NCBI GenBank assembly: GCA_022813965.1
Contig: JALDZS010000006.1
Location: forward strand, 62,001-126,000
Reading direction: 5' to 3'
Origin: Toensbergia leucococca
Taxonomy: Eukaryota
Length of the DNA: 64,000 nt
The notes under the pieces are model-generated. The model saw only the letters and a program-made list of their open reading frames with translations, searched no databases and was not told where the DNA came from. Below are positions 52,043-64,000 of the stretch, in pieces (within the stretch, counting starts at the first letter, position 1; every line of letters starts with the position of its first letter). The position numbers and the translations under genes were made by a program.

Positions 52043-53788
52043 TCAATCCTCATCACTATCCTCCCCGTTTTCCCTCGGCTCCAACATCTTACTCATATAC
52101 GGCCCATCCAAAAAATACCCCAGCTTAGCATAATAACTCCTGACCCCTATCCCAGAGATAACCCCAATCTTTCGACTCCCATGCTCATCTCGCGCAATTC
52201 TCTCCGCCTCCTCCATCAACAGAGTCCCATACCCCTGGTGCTGAAACTTGCGTGGATCTCGCGCATGCACCGGCACCGCAGAGCCATATACATGCAACTC
52301 CCGCACCAGACTCGTAGGTTGCGCCTTGAGCTCCGGCCGGAACGTGTGCGTATCACTGCACTTCCTCAGCCGCAGCAACGCGATGAGGATGTCTTGCTTC
52401 GGGTCTTCGTAGGCTAAGAAGGTCTCCCAGCCGCCATTGGCTGCGTAGTCGCGCCGGACGAGCTCGACTTGTGAAGGCCGGATCTTGTTCTTCACTTCAT
52501 TGATGCCGACTTCGCGGGTGCGGACGTCGCGACAGGTGGTGCCGAAGTCTTTCATTCGGCTGAGGGCAAGTTCGCGAAGGTTGCCATTCTCGACGCCCGA
52601 GGTGACGAGTGGCATGGGGATGTCGCGCTGCACACGGTAGATGCGGGTCCAGGGTGGAATGAGAGCGAGAATTCGGGCGACAAGGTCTATCAGGGCATTG
52701 GGGGTGTAATTTTTGTAGCGGCCTGTGCGCCACAATTCGTAGAGGCCAGTCCCGCGGATTACGAGCGTTGGGTAGATTTTGAGGCCGTCGGTGCGGAAGG
52801 CTGGGTTTTCGAAGTACTCGCGGAATTGATCGAGGTCGCGCTCCATGCCTACGTTTGGGAGGTCGGGCATCATGTGACTGACCACCTTAAAGCCGGCATC
52901 TTTGGCTAGTTTGAATGTTTCCGCCACTGCTGCGACGGTATGGCCTCTGTTTGTATCTCGTGCCACGTCTTCGTATAAAGACTGAACCCCTATCTCCAGG
53001 CGTGTACATCCGTATCGAAGCATACTGCTTAGATGTGGATCCAGACAGTAGTCAGGTCTTGTTTCAATAGTGATGCCAACGCACTTGATATTGCTCATTT
53101 CGCCTGCCTCTACCGCCTCGTCAACATTATCTCCTGAATAGCCGCTCAGTGCATTATGTAATTGTGATATGAAAGTATTCCGATAATCTTCAGGAAGAGA
53201 CATGAAAGTGCCTCCCATGATAATATACTCAACCTTATCAACGCTGTGGCCAAGAGCCTTAATCTGGTCCACTCGCCCACGGGCTTGCTCATATGGATCA
53301 TAGCGAGCTCTTATTGCGCGCATAGATGTAGGTTCATAGCCTGTATATGACTGGGTGGAGTATTCAAAATCCGAGTCAGGACCTCCAGGGCAGTAGACGC
53401 AGATATTTCCTGTGTATGCTATATGAGGGCAGCGATGAGGCTTGCACATGACTGCTACCACGGCTATTCCAGATGATGTCCGTATTGGCTTTGCGATTAG
53501 TTTCGGCAGGATGTATTTCTTGTAGTGCTCTGGGACGGCGGCAATAATGGCTGTCAGTGGTGGTTGATTACTCAACCTGTACTTTTTCGCTATTTGGGCT
53601 CTTAAGTTATTTAGATTTAAGTCTTTCTTGGGCTGCGTGTCATCCTGCTGAGCTTCATGATCTTGAATTAGAGCGCTTGCAATATCTGAGCATGCTCGGA
53701 TGAATCTTTCATTCTCTGGTGGCAGCTTGAGGTTCTTCGGTAGCTTGACCTTTGTAGCCACTGACACAGTACTGGTTTCGGTAGCCAT
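52043..53788 (-). CDS. ELP3: Elongator complex catalytic subunit (radical SAM plus GNAT), intronless
   Basis: [57 protein letters not shown]. Confidence 0.99.
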   Translation of the reverse strand: MATETSTVSVATKVKLPKNLKLPPENERFIRACSDIASALIQDHEAQQDDTQPKKDLNLNNLRAQIAKKYRLSNQPPLTAIIAAVPEHYKKYILPKLIAKPIRTSSGIAVVAVMCKPHRCPHIAYTGNICVYCPGGPDSDFEYSTQSYTGYEPTSMRAIRARYDPYEQARGRVDQIKALGHSVDKVEYIIMGGTFMSLPEDYRNTFISQLHNALSGYSGDNVDEAVEAGEMSNIKCVGITIETRPDYCLDPHLSSMLRYGCTRLEIGVQSLYEDVARDTNRGHTVAAVAETFKLAKDAGFKVVSHMMPDLPNVGMERDLDQFREYFENPAFRTDGLKIYPTLVIRGTGLYELWRTGRYKNYTPNALIDLVARILALIPPWTRIYRVQRDIPMPLVTSGVENGNLRELALSRMKDFGTTCRDVRTREVGINEVKNKIRPSQVELVRRDYAANGGWETFLAYEDPKQDILIALLRLRKCSDTHTFRPELKAQPTSLVRELHVYGSAVPVHARDPRKFQHQGYGTLLMEEAERIARDEHGSRKIGVISGIGVRSYYAKLGYFLDGPYMSKMLEPRENGEDSDED

Positions 53789-54010
53789 TGCCTAGTCAAT
53801 ATCTTCGGTGCTTATGTTCGATTGAGGGTCATGTTTTTATTGATAGTTGCACTGTTTAAGTGTCCGAGGATCGAGTTGATGAAGATTTAGAAATATGAAC
53901 GCTAGGCTCGCTTCACGTGCCAACTCCGCTCCAGCTTCAGTACGAGTACCCCGACCTTCAGCCATCCCTCCATAGGACTATTGGGTCCAGCCCTAGTATT
54001 ACTCGCAGCT

Positions 54011-55384
54011 ATGCAAGTCTTCAGGCGCTGTACAGCTACTGCATTGCACGCTGCAGCCCAAAGGCAAGGCTACTCCACCGCAACTTCTGCATACGCTGCC
54101 ACTGCCAAGAATCTTAGGATCAACGGCGATACCAAAGTCATCTATCAAGGGTTCACAGGAAAACAGGGGACGTGAGTACCAGCTATGTACACCTTCATAA
54201 ATGGCTATTGGTTCTGACCGCACCAAGATTCCACGCACAACAAGCTATCGATTACGGTAAATCACCAAAATCCCTGGCCATCACCAAATGATAGTATCAA
54301 TTAAAATGTCACAGGAACCAATGTTGTTGGTGGAACAAATCCAAAAAAAGCCGGAGAGACACACCTAGGGAGGCCCGTTTTTGCCAACGTCAGCGATGCT
54401 GTGCGAGAGACTGGAGCTACGGCTTCAGCAATCTTTGTACCGTGAGATTTTCCAAGGAAATCATACCTAGCTACAGCTAGAGCGACTTAAACTGACGTTG
54501 ATACTAGGCCGCCCGTAGCAGCAAAAGGCATAGAAGAGGCAATTGAAGCAGAAATACCACTTGTGGTCTGGTAAGCCTCGAGATCGCAAGATTCAGCATC
54601 AGTACTGGGTACTGATAAGCTTCAAGCATTACAGAAGGAATTCCTCAACATGGTAGGCCACGTCCTAGGATCCCGGAGATTGTGGCTAAATTCTCCAGAT
54701 ATGGTTCGAATCACCGACATTCTAAAGACTCAAGGCAAGACAAGATTGGTCGGGCCGAATTGCCCGGGCATCATTGCCCCAGTAAGGACTTTTCACATCT
54801 CACTCTCAGCATTTGGTTACTGAGTAAATACCAGGGTCAATGTAAGATAGGCATCATGCCTGGTTTCATCCATAAGCGTGGCCGCATAGGGATTGTATCA
54901 CGGTCTGGCACTCTCACATACGAAGCCGTCAACCAAACAACACAAGCTGGGCTTGGCCAGTCCCTTGTGATCGGTATCGGAGGAGATCCATTCTCAGGGA
55001 CCAACTTCATCGATTGCCTGAAAGTTTTCCTGGAGGACGAGGAGACCGACGGGATTATCATGATTGGTGAGATCGGTGGCTCTGCGGAAGAAGATGCTGC
55101 AGATTTCATAAAGTCAAATAACACATCAAACAAACCGGCAGTAAGCTTTATCGCAGGTATTTCAGCTCCACCAGGAAGAAGGATGGGTCACGCAGGTAGG
55201 TTGAGTGCGGTGCATCATGAAGACCAAGCTAATAAGATGGTAAGGTGCGATTGTAAGTGGCGGTAAGGGTGGAGCAGACTCGAAGATCTCCGCGCTGGAG
55301 GCTGCTGGTGTCATAGTCGAGCGAAGTCCTGCATCCTTGGGCAAGACTCTACATGCTGAATTTGTAAAGCGGGATCTTATTTGA
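54011..55384 (+). CDS. LSC1: Succinyl-CoA ligase alpha subunit, mitochondrial, 8 exons
   Basis: [55 protein letters not shown] (phospho-His); 7 canonical introns, first 54172-54227, last 55197-55244. Confidence 0.97.
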
Positions 55385-55795
55385 AGCAAAGTTCTTGTCT
55401 ATTGCTACCTTCCTCTGGATTTAACCTTTACACACCTTGCTCTGTATTCCTCTTACATCTTTGAGCGTACTAGAGTTTGGCACTTTGATCTGATCAGATC
55501 AGAAGCGGGACGAGACACAATCGAGGAACAACAATGAAACTTCCTTGTCCCGATATACCATATGCATTTATGTTTTACAGGTTGGAATGGTTCCTACGGA
55601 GCATCTACTTGTAGACCGTACCTCAATTGTAGGCCTATCAGAGTGTAGGCCCGGAAAGCTTGGCATTTTCTTCGGCTAAACTCCGGAACTCCGATATGTG
55701 TCGGTAGACGGTCTGGGTATTGACTTGCCGACCGTGAGGAAGACGAGAATCTATATCACTCCAAGAACTACCGTCCCGTACCTGAGCATTTAGTC

Positions 55796-57230
55796 ATGCT
55801 CTCCGGGATACTGGTCTTCAATCAAAAGGGCGAGAATCTCATCTTCCGAGCCTTTCGTAATGATTGCAGGCCGCGACTTGCCGATGTCTTCCGCATACAG
55901 GTCATCTCCAACGCCCAAGTACGCTCTCCAATTCTTACGCTTGGATCTACCACCTTCAGCCATGTGAAACATGAGAACATATATCTGGTGGCAGTGACCA
56001 AGAGCAATGCCAATGCAGCGCTGGTTTTTGAATTCCTGTATAGGCTCGTAGGGTTGGGAAAGGGGTATTTTGGAAAGTTCGACGAAGAGGCTGTTAAGAA
56101 CAATTTCGTGCTTGTTTATGAGCTTCTAGATGGTATGTCAGTATACGAGTTGCCCTGACTTTCAACTAGTCACTGACACTGTTTTGCGGACAGAGATCTT
56201 AGATTTTGGATATCCCCAAAACACAGAAACAGATACTTTAAAAATGTACATTACCACCGAAGGAGTCAAGTCGGAACGAACAATGGAGGACTCTTCCAAA
56301 ATCACAATGCAAGCTACGGGCGCTTTGTCGTGGCGGAGATCAGACATCAAATATCGGAAAAATGAAGCCTTTGTCGATGTTATCGAGGACGTGAATCTCT
56401 TGATGTCGGCTACGGGGACAGTATTGAGAGCCGATGTCAATGGTCAGATTGTCATGCGTGCCTATCTTTCTGGTACTCCTGAGTGCAAGTTTGGTCTCAA
56501 TGATCGACTCCTACTAGATGGCGATAGCCTTTCGGCACCATCAGGCAACACGGCTGGAACAAAAGCTACAAAAGCGGCTGCAGGTAGTGTAACACTTGAG
56601 GACTGCCAGTTCCATCAATGCGTAAAGCTGGGCAAGTTCGATGCGGATCGGATCATCTCCTTTATACCGCCAGATGGGGAATTCGAACTTATGAGGTACC
56701 GGGCTACTGAGAATGTCAATCTCCCTTTCAAGATCCATGCAATTGTCAATGAGCTTGGCAAGTCGAAAGTTGAATACAGCATTGCCATCAAGGCCAATTA
56801 TGGCAGTAAACTATTCGCCACGAATGTTATCGTAAGGGTTCCGACTCCTCTAAATACGGCCAAGATTACAGAGCGGACATCGCAAGGGAAGGCCAAATAC
56901 GAACCCGAACATAACAACATTGTTTGGAAAATTCCCAGATTTACAGGGCAGAGCGAGTATGTACTCTCTGCAGAAGCATCATTGACATCCATGACGAACC
57001 AAAAGGCATGGAGTCGGCCACCATTAAGTCTAGACTTCTCACTTTTGATGTTCACCAGCTCTGGCCTGCTTGTACGATACTTGAAGGTTTTCGAAAAGAA
57101 TAACTACGGCAGTGTGAAGTGGGTGAGATACATGACTCGGGCAGGAAGCTACGAGATAAGGTATGTCACTCCTTGGCAAGCATTTCGCGATGATTAGATT
57201 CCTAGTCTGATCACTACGCCTAGATTTTGA
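55796..57230 (+). CDS. APM4: AP-2 adaptor complex mu subunit, 3 exons
   Basis: MLSGILVFNQKGE, NNFVLVYELLD|EILDFGYPQ, SWRR...Y.KNEAFVDV, LSGTPECKFGLND, FHQCV, FIPPDGEFELM, KWVRY...SYEIR|F*. Confidence 0.96.
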
Positions 57231-58237
57231 TAGCTCTGTTTGCACGGGAAGAAGAATGGCAGCGTTCGTCGACTACAGAAAGCAACCAAAGAATCGCTAA
57301 GCTCGGCGTCCTAAAATGCTAGAGCACGGTATCAGGTTACCAAAAAGATGTTCTTGATGACATTTCGAATAGCATTCATCGGCACTCTACATCTAGATTT
57401 TCTGCCAGAGGTGGGTCGCTTCTAATTAAGAATCGGCCTACGAGGCGCCTTTCGATAGCGCCTGGACTTTGTATCAATGCCATTACCATCAAGGGCTCCC
57501 TGGTCCTGGTCGAAAATTATTATAGTAGCTAGCTACTTGTCAGGCTTAGACTGAAGTCCTCCAACAAATTTTCCGACAGAGCAGTGGCTACAACGATTCT
57601 AGTTGTCAGTCTTCATATCTGTTGAACGTCAGCCATGGCTCCAATTGCTGGCGAACAATGTGCTTGTCCCTAATGGGTTTTAGAAAGAGAAGGGAAACAT
57701 CAAGAAATTGTTAGGCCAAACGATGTAGAGGCTGGTGGAGATTGGTATAATCACCTCCAACCTGCCTTACCTAAATGCATTTGGAATAGCTACACCTGTA
57801 GGAGAAGAGAATTCTCTGTAGCCTCACGTACATGAAACCCGAGAAATTCATTGAATCATTAGACGCATATCGCAAACAATGTCACGACAAGGTGGATCAG
57901 TGGCTGAAGTAAAACTCCTTTTTTCGCTACTTATTGAGAAAAACTGACAAAGCTGAAGATCTTGCGACAACTAAACGTATCCATAGCTCTCAGATCAACC
58001 GCATGTGTAGGCAAGAATCACCGGATTAACTGCTCGAGGAAAAATTGACTCGCTCTCGTCCTTCCATCCCCCCCATCTTTGGCGTTCCCTGACCTTTCGA
58101 ATTGATGTATCCCCAGCACCGCTCGATATCTAATGGATTCGTGCAATTCTTTGGTCAGATCGAAGAATGTGCTTTTGACTTGGTTAAATTGACGTAGAGG
58201 AGAAGGTAAGAGCGTTTTTCGAGTAGTTGTGAGGCGT

Positions 58238-58414
58238 TCACTTGCTATATGCCAAAACCTGAAGTAAGCACGTGTCCAATCCAAGAGGTTACAACAGGTT
58301 GGCAGCTCTTGCAGATGCAGCAGCAGTAGCAATGACAGCTTACCTTCTGGCTCTAGTCTTGCGCCTCTTACGCTTGAGACGTCGAACGCGCTTCTTTCTC
58401 CACTTAGCTCTCAT
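58238..58414 (-). CDS. RPL41: Ribosomal protein eL41 (25 aa), 2 coding exons
   Basis: 58414-58344 reads MRAKWRKKRVRRLKRKRRKTRAR; intron 58245-58343 (GTAAGC...ATATAG); exon 58244-58238 completes SK*; additional 5' UTR intron 58424-58541. Confidence 0.93.
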
Positions 58415-58673
58415 TATCGACAACTAGGTGAACTGATGAGGGATACAACGTTAGCCATTGTGCATGGTTATCGTAACCAATTCATGGTGGAACTTTGTGT
58501 TTGATGGGATTTGCAATGTTAGCGCTGGAGGTTTGACTTACTCGTTATGGAGAATGAGGTTGATGCTGTCTGGTTGAGGAAGGAGGAATCGGAGGTTAAG
58601 TGCGGAGACGAATGTGCGGGATTAGTAATCCGCGCTAAGGGTTTACGGCTCGCTAAAACCTTTCACATCGATA

Positions 58674-58757
58674 CGAGGCTAGGGGAAAAAATTGACGGCC
58701 GATCGTTTGGAGAGGAATCGCAAAACGATCGGCCGTCAATTTTTTCCCCTAGCCTCG
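58674..58757. mobile_element. 84-bp MITE-like element (perfect 35-bp inverted repeats, 14-nt spacer)
   Basis: CGAGGCTAGGGGAAAAAATTGACGGCCGATCGTTT (58674-58708) and its exact reverse complement (58723-58757); ATA on both flanks. Confidence 0.65.
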
Positions 58758-59040
58758 ATACCTAGTCGAGGCTCGAGGGAATCTCTTGAAGTAAATTCTT
58801 CTCAGTCTTCCAACGATGGTCTTTTGTTACAGTGGTGTGATTTCTATTCATTCATCCATCCCTTCTTTTCTCAGTGAGCCTGCTGTCAGATTCGCCGTTG
58901 ACGTTTCAATCATGCTAATTCTCATTTGTTCACTCGTCTTTTAATGCAGCATACCATGTTTTCTTATTCGGCATAGACGAATATATTTCTTTGATTCCTT
59001 TATCATGGTTATATGATCGCATCTATACTCTAGCATCGTC

Positions 59041-61311
59041 ATGTCGTCTACTACGAATCATTTAGGAAGTCTGTTAAGATGTGATATCGGTGATCAACTG
59101 GAGACTTGTGGTGAATGTGCTCTCTAGCACTAGCATTGGACAAGGCGTAACTTCTGCAAAGCAGAGCTTGAAATTCACGAGTCGGTAGAATACTTGATAG
59201 GGAGAGACCATAAAACTTGGTACTTGCAATTTCACTCCCGCAGGAATATGACTAATGAGTCCAGTCAATTGGTACTTGAAGATCCCACAGTCTCCAATAG
59301 ACACTTGCGACTCTACTCAATCGTATACGACACTAAATTCGAGGCCCTTGTCTATGTCGAAGACATGTCTAGTAATGGTACCTACTGGGTCTTTAGTGAC
59401 GGCAAATACTGGAATGAGCTTCGTATTGGTAGAGGCCATCGGACTCTTCTCAGTGACGGCGACAAGATTCGGTTAAGCCCGACAACATCTTTTACCTTTC
59501 GATCATCTGCTGCAGTACAAAGCGACCAATTAAGTTCCGTGCAGAAGTTGGAGAAAGAAGTCAGCTTTTCTCTCACAAGCTGCTTTTTAGGCTAATGCTA
59601 CATAGTCTTTTGCTCATATATATATGCTTACGGACCGTACGCTTGGTCAAGGAGGGTACGGTCGAGTTGTCATGGCAATCAATCGAGTAAGCAATCGCCA
59701 GCTAGCATGTAAGGTCGTTGATCTCAATGGACTACGCTTGCGATGGGCAGACGATGAGTACCATAGAGTCGGCAGCGTGAGAGAACAGAATGACCCAAAG
59801 AATGGAGGGCCATACGACCACCTCCAGAAGCGATTCACGACGGAGATTAGAGACAAATTGTTTCGAGAAGTAGAGCTTCTCAAGGATATTAGTCATGTAA
59901 GATTAGAAGTTCCTGATCATACTGTTGCTGATATTCTTTTCAGCCTAACATCATCAGAGTTCAACAAGTCTATTATACTGATAATACATTGTGAGCCAAT
60001 AGCAATAGCTCATGGTCTCAAGCTAACATAGCCCTGAGATATATTCTTCAGGATCTCATGACAGGAGGAGATTTGTTCTCATACATCGAGCATAAAGCAG
60101 GTTGTATAGAGGACGAAGAAGCGTGCTCAATAGTCCATCAGGTATTAAAGGGATTACAATATCTTCACGGGCGTGGCATTACCCACAGAGATCTCAAACC
60201 AGACAATGTTCTCATGACTTCTTCAAATAGTCATGCAAAAGTTGTTTTGACTGACTTCGGGGCGGCTATCAAGCAACCCCCTGGCACAAAATCTCGACGA
60301 GAAAGGATGATGACATTTGTTGGTACTACCGATTTTCGAGCACCGTAGAGACTCTGGCTACATCACAGATATTCATTTGGCTGACATGAGATTAGTGAGT
60401 TGCAACGGGCCAAGAACGCCGTGGCCAAGCAGGGCTACACAGTGGCTGTCGATATGTGGTCTGTCGGCTGCCTGACAACGGCACTCCTTACTGGCAAATC
60501 CTACTTTGCCGGAACCCAAGATTCCTACGCCAGTCGAGTTCCGTCTGCCGTCATTGCTCGAGCTGCCGCAGAGTGTAATCTAGAGAAATTGGACGATGAC
60601 TCCGCATGGCGAGACTTCAGTCCTAACGCTAAAAACTTCGTGAAAAAGCTTCTAGTCCTAGACGAGGCAAGAAGACTGACGGCCACAGCCGCACTAAACC
60701 ATCGTTGGTTCTACGAGGACAATCGAAGGCAATACCTAGATGAACGTTATAAGGAGTTGACTAAGGACTGGGTGCCAAGCAAAGCAGCATTGGACTTCAT
60801 GGAACATTTGGATAGATGGATGAATGCGCGGGTTGGAGGTCCAGATCCTGGAGTAAGCCGATACTTCACGAGGAATCCTCACTCACAAAATCATGTTCCT
60901 TCACGACAAGCCGAGTCTCAAGCACACAGAAATGTCAAATCTATCAAAGCACAGTATTTTCCACAACCGGGCATGTCAAACGCCCTGACGTCGTCAAACC
61001 GGGCATACCCGGTGTGTGTCCCAGATTCTCAAGATGATGGTTCTTGCTTGAACGGAGCCTCCTACATGAACGACATAGAAGAAACAAGGAACGCCAAGGT
61101 GGAGCAACTAGGAAGCAACAAACGCAAACGCACAACAGTTTACGACGAAGACGGGATCTACGCCAGTTCAGGCAAAGAAAACAGTACGTGGATATCTGCC
61201 AAGTGCTATAGCCGGATCGAGTCTAATAAGCGGCTGGAGAAAGCCCCCAAGATTCCAAACGAAGGCCTTGTATCCGACGACCTTGGCGATTCTATTAGGA
61301 CAGCGTATTGA
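59041..61311 (+). CDS. FHA-domain Ser/Thr kinase, Mek1/Chk2 family (most like meiotic Mek1), multi-exon
   Basis: FHA motifs IGRD...VSNRH...VYVEDMSSNGTY; kinase LGQGGYGRV, ACKVV, GGDLFSY, HRDLKPDN, DFG, GT..FRAP|E, DMWSVG; first introns 59111-59164 and 59220-59264. Confidence 0.88.
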
Positions 61312-62299
61312 CGAGCGAGCTGGTCTGCGTGTTTTGTGCTCGGAGTTTGTAATCTGTAGAAAATATCGGCCAAAGATTAGCCAGCGCGCTACGATTGAGC
61401 TGGTGCTTCCAGCTTGTGCTTGGCTCTTATTCTAATAGTAAAAATTTTAATCGCACGTTCCAGTTCCATCATACTCATGGACGTTGCCAATCACTGTTCT
61501 ACAATATTAAGACGTCAAGACTCAAGACTCGGAGTCTCGATCCGGCTAGCGTAATATAGAAGGAAATGAATCAATCACCAAATGTCGAATGTGCTGAGGA
61601 AAATGCCAAGACAAAAACCCTCAGCTCATCTTGGCGCGCGACGAGGCTTCTTGTGGAAAAGCGGCAATGGACGGGAACAGTAACATCATCGTCTCTTTCA
61701 TGATTGCCCTTCCAGACCTCCTCGTTCTTTGGCTATGTTTCTGATACAGCTTTCTGCTCCTCCATTTCCTGTTTCGGAATGTTACTCTCGGACCTGCATC
61801 CGAGGGATCCTACCCAGCTGTGTAGCTCCAACATTTATCTTTGACTGACGCTAGAATATCAAAAGCTTGAAAATCTTCGACTAATTTCCCTTTCTTCCTG
61901 GTGTCATGACTTCAGCACTCCTCTCTATTCTCTTACACTGTCCTCTTCTCGTTCTTTATCTTTCTCTCTCCCGGCGTACGGAGCAGGTTTCCCCTTTTGA
62001 ATCATAAGCAGATGACGTGATTGCACGGAGCCATGCAGCCACCGTTCGTCAAATGTCGTGATTGATCCCGCGTACGTGCGTGTACACGCGCTGAACGAAG
62101 GGAATCAAAAAGCAGTCTACTCTATTTATAATGGACAAGTACATGAATGTGCAATACCTCACGCTCATTTACACCGCCTTTTTTGCACCACTTGCTTACT
62201 TACCAGCGTGTTCTGTCGAAGTGTTTTTAGAACCACAGCCTTGTCGACTTATCCAATTAATTAATTAATACATGCAAGAAAAACAGCTTTAGATCTATC

Positions 62300-64000
62300 A
62301 TGTCCAAGATTCCCGATGAGGAACAGTCTCTTCTCGATCATGAACCGCCTTCCACCACCTCTGTTGAGCCGACTTGGCCCGCAAATGACCTCGAAGATAG
62401 TTACGTCTCATCAACCTCCAACGATCGCTCCATCGAACTCGACATCCTACCTGAAAACGCCACATTTGGCCGCAACCTAACATGGACATCAGCCTACATG
62501 CTCACTGTCTCGCGCATTGTCGGTTCTGGCATCTTCGCCACGCCCGGAAACATCTACAGATCCGTCGGCAGCGTCGGCCTCGCACTGACAGTCTGGATTG
62601 TTGGCTCCGCCATTGCCGCCTGCGGACTCGCCGTGTCCATGGAACTCGGCTGCATGCTTCCTCGCAGCGGTGGCTCAAAGGTCTATCTGGAATTCATGTA
62701 CCGGCGCCCGCGCTTCTTGGCTTCGACGTTGGTGGCTGTCCAGGCCGTGGTTTTGGGTTTCACGGCAAGCAACTGTATCGTCTTTGGTGAGTATCTGCTC
62801 GTTGCCTTGGACATGAAGGTCACCGCCTTTGCGCAGCGAATACTTGCCATGAGCCTCTTGACGGCCATCACCATTGTGCATGGCTGTTTTCTGAAGACGG
62901 GCATATGGATCCAGAATGCGCTGGCGTGGGTCAAAATCGGTTTGATGGCGTTCATGGCCATCCTTGGTGTGGTGGCTCTTTTCCTACCGCAAACGTCGTC
63001 CCGCGAAAATGCGAAATCGCTGTCCTTAGCTCATCTGTTCGAAGGCTCTAATTGGGATCTTGTTGCTCTGTCGACTGCCATTTTCAAGGTGTCCTATTCA
63101 TATGCTGGCTATGATAACGTCAACAACGTCCTCAACGAGGTCAAAGACCCTGTCCGGACGCTGAAGACCATGGCTCCAGCTGCATTGCTGACTGTTACCG
63201 TCTTCTATTTGCTGCTCAATACAGCATATTTCATTGTTGTGCCGTTGGAAGAGATAAAAAACAGTGGGGAGCTAATTGCTGCGCTCTTCTTTGAGAGGAT
63301 CTTTGGAGCAAGTGTGGGCAACACGATACTACCAGTCCTAGTTGCTATTTCAGCTGCGGGTAATGTGATGGTTGTCACATTCGCTCTGGTAAGTAGCTGA
63401 GCATTCAATCTGCACACGCCCAAAATAGTCTTGACTGAAAACTTTCAGGCTCGTGTTAACCAAGAAATCGCTCGACAAGGCTTCCTGCCGTTCGCCAGAT
63501 ATTTGTCCTCTTCATATCCGTTCAATGCTCCACTCGGTGGCTTGATTGTTCACTACATCCCTTCAATACTGGTCATTGTACTCCCCCCGCAACAGGACGT
63601 GTATGCTTTCATCCTTGACGTTGAAGGCTACCCTGCCCAGTTCTTCGCCATAGCGATCTGTATAGGCACTTTGTTGCTAAGGAGGTTCAGACCGGACTTG
63701 ACGAGGCCCTTCAAAGCGTGGAGGGTAGCTGTTTGGTTGAGAATAGCTTTTAGCTCTTGTCTGGTAGTGGCGCCGTTCATTCCGCCGAAGAACGGAAAAG
63801 GTGATGTGGGGTTCTGGTATGCTACGTACGCTGTTGTGGGTTGCGGGCTGTAAGTTTCCAATCCATGATATGTGCTGAGATGGTGCTTATCATAGCTATG
63901 CGCAGACTCGTTTGCGGTGTCATCTATTGGTATCTTTGGACTGTTTTGATTCCTCGGTTGAGGGGCTACCGTCTTGAAGAGGAGGGAGACATGCTTCAAG
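62300..64000 (+). CDS. APC/LAT-family amino-acid permease (methionine permease Mup1/Mup3-like), runs off the window end
   Basis: IVGSGIFATPG, ELG.MLPRSGG.KVYLE, YSYAGYDNVNNVLNEVKDP, ARVNQEIARQGFLP, RPFKAW; introns ~63389-63448 and from ~63850. Confidence 0.92.

Noticed and set aside
57730..57825. Short imperfect hairpins (possible tRNA or snoRNA)
   Set aside because: No cloverleaf, A/B boxes or C/D-H/ACA motifs that I could establish
1..64000. CRISPR arrays, rRNA or tRNA genes, prokaryotic defence systems
   Set aside because: Sequence is spliced fungal nuclear DNA; no regularly spaced repeat-spacer array or RNA gene signature seen

Overview
Eukaryotic, intron-containing DNA from a filamentous ascomycete (Pezizomycotina; short GT-AG introns with CTRAC/CTAAY branch points). 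It is a gene-dense chromosomal segment with about 24 protein-coding genes. Most are conserved housekeeping genes: ERF4, GSH2, an SNF2/ATRX-like helicase, HEM1, RPA49, FAF1, HIS6, V-ATPase subunit f/RNase kappa, ELP3, LSC1, APM4, RPL41 and two amino-acid permeases. Three are sexual-cycle genes: the STE3 pheromone receptor, STE12/SteA and a MEK1-like FHA kinase. Accessory material includes a decayed Ty3/Gypsy retroelement with RIP-like mutations, an 84-bp MITE-like hairpin, a small secreted Cys-rich protein, and a 3.5-kb one-gene cassette flanked by ~200-bp direct repeats that duplicate the 3' end of the SNF2 gene. The most notable observations are that cassette, a probable spliced winged-helix-like C-terminal exon on the SNF2 helicase, a perfect palindrome plus clustered MAT alpha-box-like motifs in the STE3 promoter, and two small spliced genes (RPL41 and V-ATPase subunit f) that the ORF track does not recover. 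I see no evidence for a wholly new multi-gene system. All product names come from recognising motifs by eye, not from database searches.
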